Below, in pieces: positions 40,191 to 53,500 of a stretch of DNA of 64,000 bases. The position numbers and the translations under genes were made by a program. The stretch lies in assembly GCF_037042905.1 (NCBI RefSeq), contig NC_087251.1, positions 15,440,001 to 15,504,000 on the forward strand, in the 5' to 3' direction. Each line of letters begins with the position of its first letter. Positions within the stretch are counted from its first letter, which is position 1. The stretch is from Lytechinus pictus. Its lineage: Eukaryota. The notes below the pieces were generated by a model. It had not been told where the DNA came from. It saw nothing but the letters and a program-made list of their open reading frames with translations, and did not search any database.

Positions 40191-40698
40191 CTATCGCATG
40201 AGAATTCAATAATTCCTTCTCATTTCTCTGTTTTTTTTTTTTTATCCAGGATCAAAATTCTATACAGATGGTGAATGTGTTGGCAACAATCATGCAATAA
40301 CAGTGTGGTCTAACCTAGCACACACAATATAATTTGTGCTCATTAACAGATGGACAATGGAAACAGAACAAAATCACTATTTTACAACTCAGTCCTAGAT
40401 CTTATTGATTAATTTCTTACGATCAGTTGAGCACACAGACATGTGAGATTAAGTGTTGACTCTCCACAATCAATTAAATGAACCTGCTTATATTGTCCAC
40501 TGACAAGAAATGCCACTTTGTTTTTTTTCACTGGGAACCATTTCACCATGAGTGTTGTCTGTGATTTTCATCAATGAATTTGCTATTAGCCAATCAGATG
40601 TCAGGATTTTTCAGTAGCTTATAACATTGGTCGGTGAAAAAACGCATCATGAAACACTCCCCTGATCTGTAGAATCAGGTTTCCCTGAGTGGACTCAC

Positions 40699-40841
40699 TG
40701 TTTCTTTGATGTATGGTAGATACTGCTGGAAGATGAACTGGTCTCCATAAAGGACAGCAATATCTGTGAGGCACTTGAGAACAGGTTTGGAATTGATGTC
40801 ACCGGCAACTGATTTCTTTCCAATACAGACACTGGAGGTAT
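40699..40841 (-). CDS. WDR81: WDR81 coding exon 10 (..VAGDINSKPVLKCLTDIAVLYGDQFIFQQYLPYI..)
   Basis: gacctag|...|gtgagt; 143 nt, phase 1->0. Confidence 0.92.
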
Positions 40842-40943
40842 CTAGGTCAAAAGAAAAAGGGTAAGGACTGAAGACCGATGACTACTATACCAGAGGGGTG
40901 AGGGTATTTTTGTATTTAGCATTAAAGATGGTGGTGGTGGGGA

Positions 40944-41141
40944 TTTTTTTACCTGATTGCTAAGAAAACATGAATGCTTGTAAGCAAGCAACCAGAGGAC
41001 CGACGGCTTTAGGTCCTCTCCGAAGGACCTAGTAATGAGGATTAATGCCTTACCAAAGGGCACTAGCACACCAAGTGGGAATCGAACCCGGGTCACCGGA
41101 ATACGAATCCCCCGCTCTACCGACTGAGCCATCGCGCCTCC
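40944..41141 (-). mobile_element. tRNA-derived SINE, second copy
   Basis: Same head, body and A-rich tail as 29043-29237. Confidence 0.9.
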
Positions 41142-41920
41142 TAGGTGACTAGGCTTTCCAGAATTTTTTAAGTTCTTTTTTTTAATTATGGCATGAAGTC
41201 TGAGAGGGTTCTATACAATTATGTCTAAAATTTCAAACTCACAAGTTGTAAAAAAGGTCATAAAAATGCTGCTATCTTTGTGTCTTTTAGAATGATAGCA
41301 GGCATACAATGTCACATGGGCCAATATAACCCCCCCCCCCCTCCCCACCATGGCACCATCCCATCCTATTAAAAGATTGCTTCAATTCGAAAGCTATGGT
41401 TTGTATAAAACACATCATCGCAATGGTCAGATCATGCTTGGAAGATGTAAGATTTTTCAAAATCTTAAACTGAGATCAAATTATGGGAGTCAATAATGAG
41501 ATATTAAAAAGAAAAGATGAAAAACAAAAAGTTGAGTTCGAGATACACAAGAATACGTCATATAAAACAAAACAACTGAGAAAAAAAACAAGCATGTCTC
41601 ATCATAATCATATATTACAATTTACATTAGATTATTTTATCTTAATTTGAGCTTATGAAATGGTAGGAATTCTGAAGATTATATCAGTAGCATGTAACTG
41701 ACTAATGATGATAAGTTTTATGAAACATGGACCAATACAACAACAATCAATACCTCTTGACAGAGATGCAGGAATATGTTGTATTTACTTTTTCAAAGTT
41801 TTGTACATGGTGAAAAGAATTAAAAATATAACATTTTTGATAATCGCTGTGATTTAATTTCTCTCTATACTCTTCATTACAGACAGAAACAGAAAAAAGG
41901 AATTACTGTTCAGGTCTCAC

Positions 41921-43353
41921 TTATTTCATTTGAATCTACATCATCATGCATGTAGCAGTAGATCAGTTGCTCTGGCGTCATGTAGCACCCTGAGAGAGAC
42001 TCTAAAAGCTTTGGAGTAATGAAGCGAACTGTCAACGTTGGTCCTATACGGTGAGCTAGCCACATGATGCTCTCACTCGCAACATCACTTAGGCTCTTTC
42101 CAATTAGGGTGTTGACTTGATATAGTTTAGAGGACAACTGCTTCTTGTAGGTCCTCCTGTACTGGTCTGTGGCTTTGGTCTGACTTGTAAAGAGAAGGTC
42201 CTGTTCTTTGGTTTGCGAATGGGTACTGGGGGATGGTGATGAGGTAGATTTGCGTGAAGACACATCCTTTGAAGGAATTCTCTCGATGGTGGGCGAGCCT
42301 TCACCAGGCTCTTCTGATAAGGAAGGTAAATTCCCTGAGCTGATGGATGAGGTATCTGGCTCTTTCCCTAGTGACATGGTTTCACTGCCTTCACTGTCCA
42401 AAGGAGATGCCTGCTCACTTAAAGAGCTTCCATCATCTCCATTTTGAGACACCGGAACATCATCATCCTCCAGATTCTCCTTAACCTGGTCAACATCCTC
42501 CAACTCAATCTGCAACTTATCATTCATTCCTTGTTCGATAGTCCTCTCTTCACTGACTTCATCGCCTACTTCATCACCATCCTCAATTCCAAACAGTTCT
42601 TCATCAACAGACATGCCCTCTGTTCCATCAAGGAATGTCTCAGCCTCTTCCGCAGTATTACTCGCCCCTGAGGCCATTGTGGCAATGCAACTAGTTTGCT
42701 CATTAGCACCATGCATGAACATGGGGCATTGCTTCAGCCCATTTGTTGCTTCTGTGACATAATTCACCAAGGTGTTCAAGAATGGTTTGAGACCTAAGGA
42801 CATGATGACCTGAGAGAGAAAAGAATGCTGGAACAGCAGGAGGTAGTCTGGTGAAGTAAAATCAGAATCGAAGAGATGACCCAATGGAGCAAGCAACTCA
42901 TCCGTTGCTGCCTTTGGGCCAAGGTGTGCAGTGTACTTGCTGAACAAGGACAATGCTGCATATACAGCAGTGCTGCCTTCCTCAAAGAGACTCCTGATAT
43001 ATGGTAGCAGGATATCCCTTCCTTCCTCTGTGATGCCTTTGGTGCACTTGGGTAACCATTGTCTGGCTAGATGGACCATGTTCATGGCCTGATGGTCAGT
43101 GAGGTCCGTCTGATGAAGTTCCTGGTCATCCACCTGGAACCGCTGTAGATGAAGCTCAGAGAGAAACTGATGCAAGGACTGGAAGTACTGAGGAAATGAA
43201 ATGAGACCTGAGTGATGTTGAAGCAGAAGGCTGGGGCTTAGTGGTGGCAGGCCATTTTGACCACTTTCAAAGTATGCAGACTGCTCCCAAGGTAGGCATT
43301 CACCCAACGTTGTGTCCATTCTTAGCAATGTATGCACTATCTCTCTGAGTGGC
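41921..43353 (-). CDS. WDR81: WDR81 coding exon 9 (helical region + acidic/Ser-rich linker)
   Basis: 1433 nt within ORF 41910-43460; ttacag|...|gtgaga; GLPPLSPSLLL and WLAHRIGPTLT motifs. Confidence 0.95.
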
Positions 43354-43574
43354 CTGTAAGAGAGAAAAAAAATATATGTATATAATGGAAAAATGTACTT
43401 ACATAAAAAAAATAACGCAAGCATTAAAATTAAACTACAGACATATGGAATGAGATACAAACAAGTTTATCTTAATCAAAATTTATTTGTATTGATAGGG
43501 TAAATTACTTCTTAAATTTAATCAGTTTTCTCCTCTAAACATGATCCTATCCAAATTCAAGAATATGAATATAA

Positions 43575-43871
43575 ACAAGAGGAACACCTTCCTTCATTTA
43601 AGATTTTGATGTTGTTTACCCTAAGATGGTCTAAGTTCATTGACCCCCAACAATTACTTTTGACCTTGGTCATGTGACCTCAAACTCTGGCAGGATGTTT
43701 AGTAATACTTGATAACCATTATGTTTAAGTTTCATGAACTAGGCCCATATACTTTTTAAGTTATGATGACATTTCAAACGCTTAACCTTTGGTTAAGATT
43801 TGATGTTGACGACGCCGCCGTCAGAAAAGCGGCGCCTATAGTCTCGCTCTGCTATGCAGGTGAGACAAAAA
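43575..43871 (-). mobile_element. Short HINE/Helentron-like element ending about 12 nt from the exon 8 donor
   Basis: tgaccttggtcatgtgacct unit plus the terminal gcggcgcctatagtctcgctctgctatgcaggtgagacaaaa. Confidence 0.75.
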
Positions 43872-43883
43872 CTATTGATATAC

Positions 43884-44062
43884 CTTGGTAATTCCTGGTA
43901 TTCTGCTCCCACAACCCTCTGCAAATGTCTCCACCTTGATTCCAAGTCTGACCCGATTTGGCGGAACCTTAGTTTTGGGGCAAGGCATAACTCGGCGACA
44001 ATGCAGCCTATTGCTACCATATCCCTAGCAACAAGCTGCTGCCAATGGACTTGAGTTTCTTC
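43884..44062 (-). CDS. WDR81: WDR81 coding exon 8 (EETQVHW...RDMVAIGCIVAEL...ELP)
   Basis: aaacag|...|gtatat; 179 nt, phase 0->2. Confidence 0.92.
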
Positions 44063-44278
44063 CTGTTTGGATTGGAGAACAAATGAAAAGGCACTTAATT
44101 GAGGCTTGAAATATTAGTGGAACACATGGTATTACAGTCTGTATTTTTTCACTCCCTTGGGTATACAGCCAAGTTAATCAGGTACATAACACTATTTCTT
44201 TTCTCCAAGTGCAAATCAACTACTAGTATATCAAAAGATGCAAATGGTTAGTTTTATGCACTGGGGCCCAGGACTTAC

Positions 44279-44441
44279 CACTTTGTGAGTCACAGGTACA
44301 TCATAGCTTGACTTGGAAGTGAATGAGTAGAGTGATTCCAATTGATTGAGAGCAGAGAGTGGGTCGTATTCCTCAGGAAGGACAATGGTAGCAAGCTCTG
44401 GTCTGATCAGCCGCGAGTCAAGAGGCATGTCAGACTTGGGT
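44279..44441 (-). CDS. WDR81: WDR81 coding exon 7 (PKSDM...IVLPEEYDPLSALNQLESLYSF...)
   Basis: ttttacag|...|gtaagt; 163 nt, phase 2->0. Confidence 0.92.
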
Positions 44442-44829
44442 CTGTAAAATAAGTGTTTACGTGGCATTGAAATTCATTGCAAGCTCTTCATATCCAGTAG
44501 TTTATGAAGTGAGCAAAACAAAGAGACATGAGTGTCACATTTATCTCTTCCTCAATAACAATATTCCTTTGTTCTTTTTCTTCCTTTTCTTCTTTTCTAC
44601 TCTCTTTTCCCCCTTTGTCATTCATTATATAAATTGACACTGACATAAATCATTGTCATCTAAAACTATACTAGAAACGTTTGTATCTACAATGGCTCAA
44701 ATACACTCATATGGAGCATAAAATGATAGAAATTACAAATTTCAATCTCTGAATGGGAACAAAATTGATATGAAATGAATTCTAGGTCAAAGTCTCTTAT
44801 TTTACAGTGACCTTTTTCAAGGAAATCAC

Positions 44830-44999
44830 CTGAAAAAGGGCAGTTTCCTGATTGGATTTTTGCTAAGCTGTAGATCCTCTGCTGCTGAGTAAGAACCAGC
44901 CACATTCTGTGCCTCTGTGTTGAAAGACTGTGATCTGGCTCGTATTGCAGTTGCATCAGACTCCTGGAGATCACTACTCCTTTCACTTTCAGCAGAGGT
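44830..44999 (-). CDS. WDR81: WDR81 coding exon 6 (TSAESERSS...KLPFF)
   Basis: tttctag|...|gtgatt; 170 nt, phase 0->2, required to keep frame between exons 5 and 7. Confidence 0.8.
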
Positions 45000-46802
45000 C
45001 TAGAAAGAATAAATTTAGCAATATGTCCGACAGTTCATGCAATCAATACAGGCTTCCGTGATAGAAAATATTAGTTTGATTTTTAATAGGACCTCATCAA
45101 GAGTATTTTTGGTCAGAATTGTCAAAATTCAATTTGTTTTATTTCCTGGAAGAGAGCACTATTTTTTCTATGGATTTAAAAAATCTGAATGTGCTAATAA
45201 ATCCTAAAATGCTAGTTTTGAAAGTTTTTATCGATTCTATTTTGGGTATTTTATTGTAGATATAGTGTTACTTATTATTTTATAGGTTGTAATAAAATTG
45301 TCTGGCTTTGAGGGAAATGCCATATATATTTCCTGAACTAGTCACATATTGCCCGAGTCTTGACGAGGGCAATGTGGTTCTAATGAAGGAAATGTAATTT
45401 GGTATCTCGCGGAAATGAAAGCCAGCCTACATCTATATGATGTGTAATTCAAGATATCATTTGTAGCAATTTCTGTCTATTTACCTGTTGTTACATCTGA
45501 TTTCAAATTCAGGTTATTAGTGAACTTGGTGGAGTAAATGTGAAGTGAATACGGCGCAGGTTTGCATCATGAGTTTATAATCAATTAGCCAGACAAAATT
45601 CATGTTTATATCTTGTATATAAATGCCTCATTATATTTTTGGTGCAGACCTAGATAATTATTTCACTTTGACCTCACCACTCATGAACAGGGCAAGTTCT
45701 TGCATTGATTCTTCAATCAAATAACAATGAACAGGATGTGAGTAAGTGGTATGCCTTCTTCTTCTATGAAATTTCTATTGAATTTCAATCCTCTTTTTGT
45801 TCACCTTTGCCTAACAGTTGGGGGGGATCAAGTATGCTTCTATAGACTTACAAACTTTAATTCTTCCTCTCTCATAAGGAGCATTTTATGCAAGTGAACC
45901 TTGTATTTGATAGATTTGAAAATTGTTTTTGTTAGTGGGTTAGGAAATGAGTTGCATATAATTTTTTTCAATTTCAGAAGGGAGATTTTAACTGAAATTC
46001 AATTTCTGATGACCTTTTGTGGGGTTCGTGATGCCTGCCACATATGATTTTGACTAAGAGCATGAGATCTTGAAAGATAATAGCAGAGCTGCCAACTTTG
46101 CACAACCACAAAAAAAAATCATATAATGGCAAAAAAAGAGGAATTTGGGGGAAAATCCAACAAAAACAAAACAACATAACCTTTAAAAGTGATGAGAAAC
46201 CAAATGAAGAGAAAATAAATGAGAAACATGGGCAACAAATGAATAGTTGCATACCATGGATTTTAAGATGCTCCCATAGAAAATACAAGTTGAGAAATCA
46301 AAGTTATCTTTTAAAACTATAACTCCTGTGTCACCATTTTCAGGTATTAAAGTCAGATTTTTCCCCAAATCAAACAGGGAAACTGAAATGATTGTTACAA
46401 GAAGCAAAATTAATAAATATTGATTGTGTGTTCACAAATTAGTTCTGATTATTTTTACAATGAAATAATACTTCTTATATAAATTACAAATCAAGACTTC
46501 AGGGCAATTCCACATGGGCATTTGAACAATTTTCTATTCATATCTACAGCATTTTGGTAACCATGGTAACATAATTACCAGAAAATTGAGCCACTTTCAC
46601 AAAACAAAATTGCCTCATAAATAAAATATGCCACACACTTAAAAGTATATTCATGATCCTATCATGATTCCTGCTTGTATGCTTCATCCAAGGCTTTGAG
46701 TATTAATGACCATCAATCTAATTGCTTTTACTATAAATGTGAAGTAAGATGACCTATTTTTCTCATGTGTCATTGCCCTTCAACAACTACAAAAATTCTT
46801 AC

Positions 46803-47132
46803 TGTGAGGTTATCCTTGGTGTTAGGAGAGAGAGTGTCCATTGTATCCTGATCAGAGATGACTTTGCTATCGCTTCCTTCACTTCCTACAGACACATCCT
46901 GATCTGACCTTGAAACACTTTCCTCCTGGATGGTCACGTTGATGGATGATCCTGCATCTATCTGAGACCTCTCGATGTCCGGTCCCTCCATGGACATGTA
47001 GGGGGATGGAGAGAAGCGTTTGGGATGGGGCACATTGAAGAGCTGCACCACTCCATTGTTTGCCGGCAGCGTGTGTTGGTCAACCACACACAGCACCACG
47101 TTCTTAGCTCTTACTGCCGCTGTACCAGACAA
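46803..47132 (-). CDS. WDR81: WDR81 coding exon 5 (LSGTAAVRAKNV...QLFNVPHPKR; end of BEACH)
   Basis: tttccag|...|gtaaga; 330 nt, phase 0; BEACH terminal motif QLF..PHP.R. Confidence 0.95.
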
Positions 47133-47757
47133 CTGGAAATATTGGAGAAAAAAAATCATAATTAGTCATTACATTTTCTTTAAAAAATAAAGCACCTAAA
47201 CATGAATTCAAAACAGAGATTCTTTACATTATCTAAAGTGACCATGACAATCCATACTGCCTAAAATTTCTCTGAAGATAAAGGGCTAGACAAATGGTTA
47301 TGGTAATGCATCTGAATGGTGTTCCACAACGCTTTTCATAATATAGAAAAAGATTTGTTACAGTCTTCTAAAAAATATGAGATTTTATTCTTTCATTATT
47401 ATTACAGCTCCAAAGCTGAAGGTGTACTTAGTCCAATATCTTCTCCTGCAAGTTAGAGGATATTTGTTGTTGAATGTCAATGTAGATTGTACTTTCTATC
47501 AGCCCTCACAATAAACCCTCATGAGGGCACTTGAGGCATTATTACCTTCTTTTTCTTTGGCATAGAACCACTGCCAGTAATAGGGGCATTTCAACAGCAG
47601 AAAGGCAGGTGCAGTGGACAGTGGTCACCCAAGACAAGTCTTGATGCCTTGGGCTGTTGCAAGGGCAGATTTCATTCATATTAAAACCTCACATGAACCT
47701 GTGCATTCTCACTTTCCCAACGTGGATGACATCCTATATAAAGAATTCTCTTGATAT

Positions 47758-48194
47758 TAGGGCCGTTATCGTTGAGAATATTCTCTGTCGATATCATGCT
47801 AAAAATATGTTACCAATATCGATATCGATAATCAATACGCGTGCAGTCATGATGTTTGGATTGTCATGATCTCACCCACACTTCGCTATTGTGGGAGTGA
47901 GATCGTGTTTTGTGGCTAATATTCTGTATTCGTATTTTGTTGAGATTTTGGAGTAATTTCTGTTGCTGTTCTGTGCAGTTTGAGGAAAAATATGTTTTCC
48001 GTGATTTTCCTTTGAAAAGCCACTTTCAAAGGGCCGTTTCCTTGAATTCTTTGAAATCGCTGAAAATCACTGTGTCCCTACATTATAGCAGGTATTATCG
48101 ACAACGAGAGCAAGGTTAGCGATATCGCTAAGTGAAAAAAAACAAGCGACTATCGACAGGATTAGCGATAAAGACTTTATCGATAACAGCCCTA
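47758..48194. mobile_element. hAT-like MITE (TAGGGC.GTTATCG TIR; ATCGAT-rich subterminal repeats)
   Basis: tagggccgttatcg ... cgataacagcccta; no TSD seen. Confidence 0.65.
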
Positions 48195-48296
48195 TGAGCC
48201 CTACATGTATATGATTTATATGAAATTATTCTTTACAACTGGCACTTCAGTCATTCTGATAAGTGAAAACAAGCTTAGTCTACAATGATACCTTAC

Positions 48297-49496
48297 CTTG
48301 CAGCCAAAGGTAAGATCAATCCATCGATGAAGCCTCTCTGAGACATATGGACTTTCCAACACAGCTCTATGCTTCTGTACAAAGTCTTCTGGACCATTGC
48401 ACCAGGTGGGCACCTCCAGATCAGGCAGATCATCATGAATTGACTTAAAGATGGAAGCATCGGAGAAGAACTCTGGGATACATTCATCAGGTGTCCATCC
48501 TTGGAGCCGCTGCATGCTGGCTGGATACTCATTGGGCACCCATACTGATCGCACATGGGTCTGGAGCAGAGTCTTTGGTGTGCAACGTGCCTTGTAGATG
48601 TAGTAGGTGATTTCAGACAGGACATCAGAGATGTGGTGAGGGACCTGACCAGCAAGGTTGCTCCCGTGCTCCTCATTCAAGGCCTGCATCTGTAATGCAG
48701 ACTCATAGGTGAAGTCTAACTGATTGTCTCCTTTGTTGAGTCTATACTTGGATTTGGAGAAATCCCTGTAGCTGCCATTGGGTTGGGTGAAATCCATGAC
48801 CCAGGGCATGATTGGATGATGGTTGGGGTTGCCCATTTGACGATTGGCAAGACGATTAAGGATCATAAGATATTCATAGTTAGTGAGCTGCCCCATGGCC
48901 CATTTCTGCATAATTTCTGGTAATGCATCCATCTTTGGAACACACTTGAAACCACCACCTATTGCACATGGTTGATTTATATCTGTTTTGTCACTTTGCA
49001 CTTTAGTTTCATTTACTATTGCACCACGTTGACCTTCGGGCAAAGTTCTTTGAGTTCTTTGATTGCTCCCTACGAAGCTCAAGACATCATTCCACTTTGG
49101 TCCACAGAATTGCACCCAGAGTTTTTCATCAATGGTAAAATCAGACAGCGATACGTTCCCACATGACATGCCTCTTTGATGACAGTGACTCACTGCATGC
49201 AGCATTTGAAAGATGACAAATAGAACCTTACCATGGGAACCAGAGAGGGATGCAGGACTGAACATGGTCACATCCTGGACTGTGTGCTCGTGGTGAGGCT
49301 GAAGAAGGTACAAACAGTCTTTGGTGACTATGCAGCAGAACAAAGACACCATGTTGGAATGTTCTATGGCTTGAGACTGTGCAGTATTGGAAGATTTTCC
49401 AGCTGTCTTAGAAGCTGAATCTGACATGTCATTGATGGAGATAATTGGACATCCATACAACTGCTGGATTAAATCAATTACTGTTGTGGAATCAAC
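48297..49496 (-). CDS. WDR81: WDR81 coding exon 4 (kinase-like segment + BEACH domain)
   Basis: 1200 nt within ORF 48216-49523; ttacag|GTT...AAG|gtaagg; BEACH signature motifs. Confidence 0.97.
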
Positions 49497-49622
49497 CTGT
49501 AAATGCAAAGAAAATAAATACAATTAATTTACTACATTTTTCTCATTATATGAACTCCATCTCCACAACTGAGAGACGATTGATATGATAATTACGATGA
49601 AAACTAATTTGTCTCATATTAC

Positions 49623-49782
49623 CTGGTCTGATAATGAATGATGATATCGATTAAGCGTAGAAGATGTGTTGTGATAAGCTTCTTCCCACTCAGTTTGATA
49701 GATCTGTTTAGCCACTCTCTCCATGAATTCCATGAAACTGTTTTCATCACCCATTTTCATATCTATTTTGATCGGTGGTAGA
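49623..49782 (-). CDS. WDR81: WDR81 coding exon 3 (LPPIKID...FMERVAKQIYQTEWEEAY...SDQ)
   Basis: ttcctag|...|gtaata; 160 nt, phase 2->0. Confidence 0.85.
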
Positions 49783-50239
49783 CTAGGAAGAAAAAAATCG
49801 TATTAAAAACAAAACTGGATCAATTTATATAAAATGAAATAACATGATTTCATTTTCTATGTACTTTTGTAATTATTTTGTAAATCATTACTGTATTGAC
49901 AGTTATGGCACTTTGTTTGTTCAAAATATGTGGATATGTTTCACAATGGGCCATCCCCAGTGGCGGATCCAGGGGGGTGGCGCAGGGGGCGCGCGCCCCC
50001 CCTAATATTTGAGCGGCGCCAAAGGCGCCGCTCAAAAAAAAAAAAAGTAAAAGAAAGAAAAGGCGCTGCTTGAAAAAATAAAAATAAAGGAAAGAAAAGG
50101 CGCCGCTTAAAAAATATATACACTGATATAATATTAGCAACAGTAAGGAAAGACTATCCCCCAGCGAAGCACAATCATATTATCTTCCTTATCTTTTTTT
50201 TAACTACCCTTTTCCCAACAACTTCGCCTGTTGAAAATA

Positions 50240-50950
50240 ATCAGCACTGCGCTGCCTGCATATAACTGGCGCCAATCAAGAATAATCAGCGCCACCTTAA
50301 TCTAAATCGGCGCCAGACAAGAATAATCAGCGCCATTTGGTTATAAATCGGCGCCAGTCGAGAAAAATCGGCACTGCCAGAGTCTTAACCGGCGCCGATC
50401 AAGGATAATCTGCGCCACCTAAATCTAAATCGGCACCAGATAAAAATAATCGGCGCCATCTGGTTATAAATCGGCGCCGGTAAAGAAAAATCGACGCTGC
50501 CTGAGTTCTTAACCGGCGCCGATCAAGGATAATCAGCGCCACCTATATCTAAATCGTGGCTGGTCAAGAATAATCAGCGCCATCTGGTTATTAATCGGCT
50601 CTGCCCGAGTCTTAACCGGCGCCGATCAAGAATAATCAGCTCTACCTAAATCTAAATCGGCGCCGGACAAGAATAATCAGCACCACCTGGTTAAAAATCG
50701 GCGCCAGTCAAGAATAATCGGCGCCTCCTGGTTCTAAATCGGCGCCAGTCAATTATGAATTGCCGCTGCCTAAATCTTACGTGACGTCGGTAAAAATAAT
50801 CAGCACTACTTGTTCTAAATCGGTGCCGGTCAAGAATAATCAGCGTCCCCTGGTTCCAATAAATAGGCGCCGGTAAAATAATGAAGAAGGGCCTATTGCC
50901 AACCAAATCTAGATCGGCGCCGGTCAAGAATGATCAGCGGCACCTGGTTA
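50240..50950. repeat. 41-bp minisatellite (~17 units) with 3-mer higher-order structure
   Basis: AATAATCAGCGCCA...AAATCGGCGCC.G.CAAG units starting at 50281, 50322, 50363, 50404, 50445... Confidence 0.85.
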
Positions 50951-51319
50951 TACATTTTATTGTTGAATGGTCATAACAAAGCTTATCGCATGCCCTTACA
51001 GAGTGGACTGGGGCGGGGCAGTTGCCCACAGAATGACAGATGTCATGAAATCTTTAATTTATTTTAAAAATCCCAGAATCATACAAAAGCGTAGAGCAAA
51101 TCCTTTAATTTTGATCTTATTTTCCAATGCTTTAATAAAAAGAAGGTCAGTCACTTTTCTTCTTTACACATTCCACATTGTGCCACCTCTATGGCCTTTA
51201 GTTTAAGACAGCTACTATAGTGTTTTATGAAGATGATTCGATATTTTAGCCCAAAACTTTGCTAAAACCCGTTGCTAGTACCGGGAGTGTATAATTACGC
51301 AACCAGTCGTATATTGAGA

Positions 51320-51913
51320 TTGAGCTACACAACTCGTTCTTTATTTAAAATCGTGCTTAAATTATCCGCTTCTCAGATTGGAATATAAAAATTTTCAGCT
51401 CGCGCTTCGCGCTCGCATCATTTCTGTAGCAAAACCCCATACTTTTTATGATTAAATAGGTGAATAGAATGTCCCGTTTTCAGTTCTAAACGTCAAAAGA
51501 ACTCCCGCTTCGATTTGCAATAATCTTTTGCTGGATATAATATTGTTCTTTATTACAAACGTCCATTAAACTGTCATTTTTTTCAGATCGAAATATCAAA
51601 ATTTTATGCTCGTGCTTCGCGCTCGCATCTATTGTCTTTTTTTAGATATCCATCTTAATCATTGGTACCAAAAATACATAGAATATCAAGCTTTCTGGTC
51701 AGAATATAAAGAAATTTCAGCTCGCCCTCGGCACTCGCATTATCTGTGTAGTGAGATATGTACATGTATCCTCCTCATGGGTTACTACAAACAGTCCTAA
51801 ACAGGCACCTTTTTCCTGTTTTCAGGTCAGTATATTAAAAAATTTCAGCTCGCGCTTCGCGCTCGCATTAATTTGTTGGTGAGATATGTGTTTCTATCTC
51901 ATGAGTCATATAA

Positions 51914-51948
<35 letters not shown>

Positions 51949-52035
51949 AGTTTGTTTTGTGTGATATCGAGCGCCTTTGGAAAGTTGATTCATGATTTTG
52001 CCCCCCAAATCTTAAAAAAGGGATCGACGCCCCTG
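51320..52035 (-). mobile_element. Inverted, one-end-truncated copy of the 16418-17294 element
   Basis: Ends GGATCGACGCCCCTG at 52035; reverse-complement match along its length. Confidence 0.85.
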
Positions 52036-53500
52036 TGTATATATATATATACATATAGTAAAAAAAAACTTGTATCTCTATTAATATACAAAAGTATTGG
52101 CCTCATCGCAATAAAAGGGTTAATACACGAGATTTTGAAATCGCACATAACATGCATAATTTGTGTTACTTTTTGCTTGTTTCTTTCTTTAATAAGTTTT
52201 TCAATCTCTCTCTATATATGTTTTAGATTATATGTTTAAATTGATGTATATTTTCTGTTATAATGAAATATGTTTAAGTGGACTTCAGAGAATGGTCGTA
52301 CGCAGCAAGGGGGAAGGGGGGCACATTCGCGATCTGCTGTTGTGAAAAACAATTTTTTTCCTTAACATTTCATGAAAACTATGAAAAATATGCAAATGTG
52401 AGATGTGCACCAAATTTTCGAGTCTTGCCCCCCCCCCCCCCCCCCCGGAAATATTATCTGCGTGTGGTCATGCAAAATGGTATGACTGGAAATCCTACAT
52501 TTTGAAAAGAGCATTTGATAGGGTCAGATTTTACCCCTTTTTCAACATTTTCTTTTGGCGCCGGTGAAGTGCAAAAATATGTGCGCCGCTCGGCAGTGCA
52601 CCCCCCCCTTTCGCCAAAAGCTGGATCCGCCTATGATCCCTATCAAAAGCATGTTGTTCTTATTAGGCCTTTAAAAAAGTGTTATGTTTCCCTCATTCAA
52701 CCAACCGTAAAATGCAATTAAAAAAAAAACAGGGACACTTTTATTTTTAGCAGAGTGAGTGAGAAAGTGTCAGATTTTTTTGCTCAAATTTGTATTCAAT
52801 GGCTTTGAAAAAGCACTTTAATGTGTTTCAACATGTTTGACTGCATTAATAAATCATCCCATGAGTGGTTTTATTTGTGAAGTACAGCAGTAAAGGTATA
52901 AAAAAAAAACGACAGACTGACCCAACATTCTGCTTTTGGGCTTATGAGGGCAACAAAATATATTTTTAGGCCTTATTGCCACCCCTGCACTACATGTGTT
53001 CTACAACACGTTGTAGTTTAATAACATTGTGGAGATAAATGAAATGATGATATTGGTTCCTACTAGGTTGTGATTTTTTAGTTAATTATTATTGGGTAGA
53101 TGCAAATACCCTTCTTCATGTATCAAAAGAAAGGTAACATGATTGAGACCAAGAAAATTTTGAATCATGTTAATGAAACAAATTTTATATGATACCTGAC
53201 CCTGCAAGTAAACAAAATAATGAGCTAAAGAGCTATTTTTTTAATACAAGGACATTTTAATGTTTTAAAATTTGGTCGGTACAAGCATGGACTTGGTGAT
53301 TTTTAGATGTATTATTTGCATTGTATTACCCTTTGTGCTTTTACAAAGGCTGTTTTATCAACTAGGAAATAAACTTCAATACCTCATCAATACCAGTCAA
53401 GTTTGGCCTTCATTCAGAAGGATCAACATGTGATTCTCAAAAGGGGGTCAAACCAATATCATGCTAAATTCAAATGGAATAAAAAAGCAAATTCACTAAC

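Larger units (their letters stand above)
49958..52635. mobile_element. Composite non-autonomous element (CAGTGGCGGATCC...GGATCCGCCTATG) containing a minisatellite and a nested MITE
   Basis: 13-bp TIR-like ends flanked by the direct repeat ATCCC. Confidence 0.55.

Noticed and set aside
45335..45385. Hammerhead ribozyme-like hairpin
   Set aside because: It lacks the CTGANGA...GAAA core and is a simple imperfect palindrome.
42104..49418. Overlapping or antisense ORFs within WDR81 exons 4 and 9
   Set aside because: These are expected shadow frames of long coding exons.
50240..50950. CRISPR array
   Set aside because: The spacers are homologous to each other, the context is a eukaryotic intron, and no cas genes are present.
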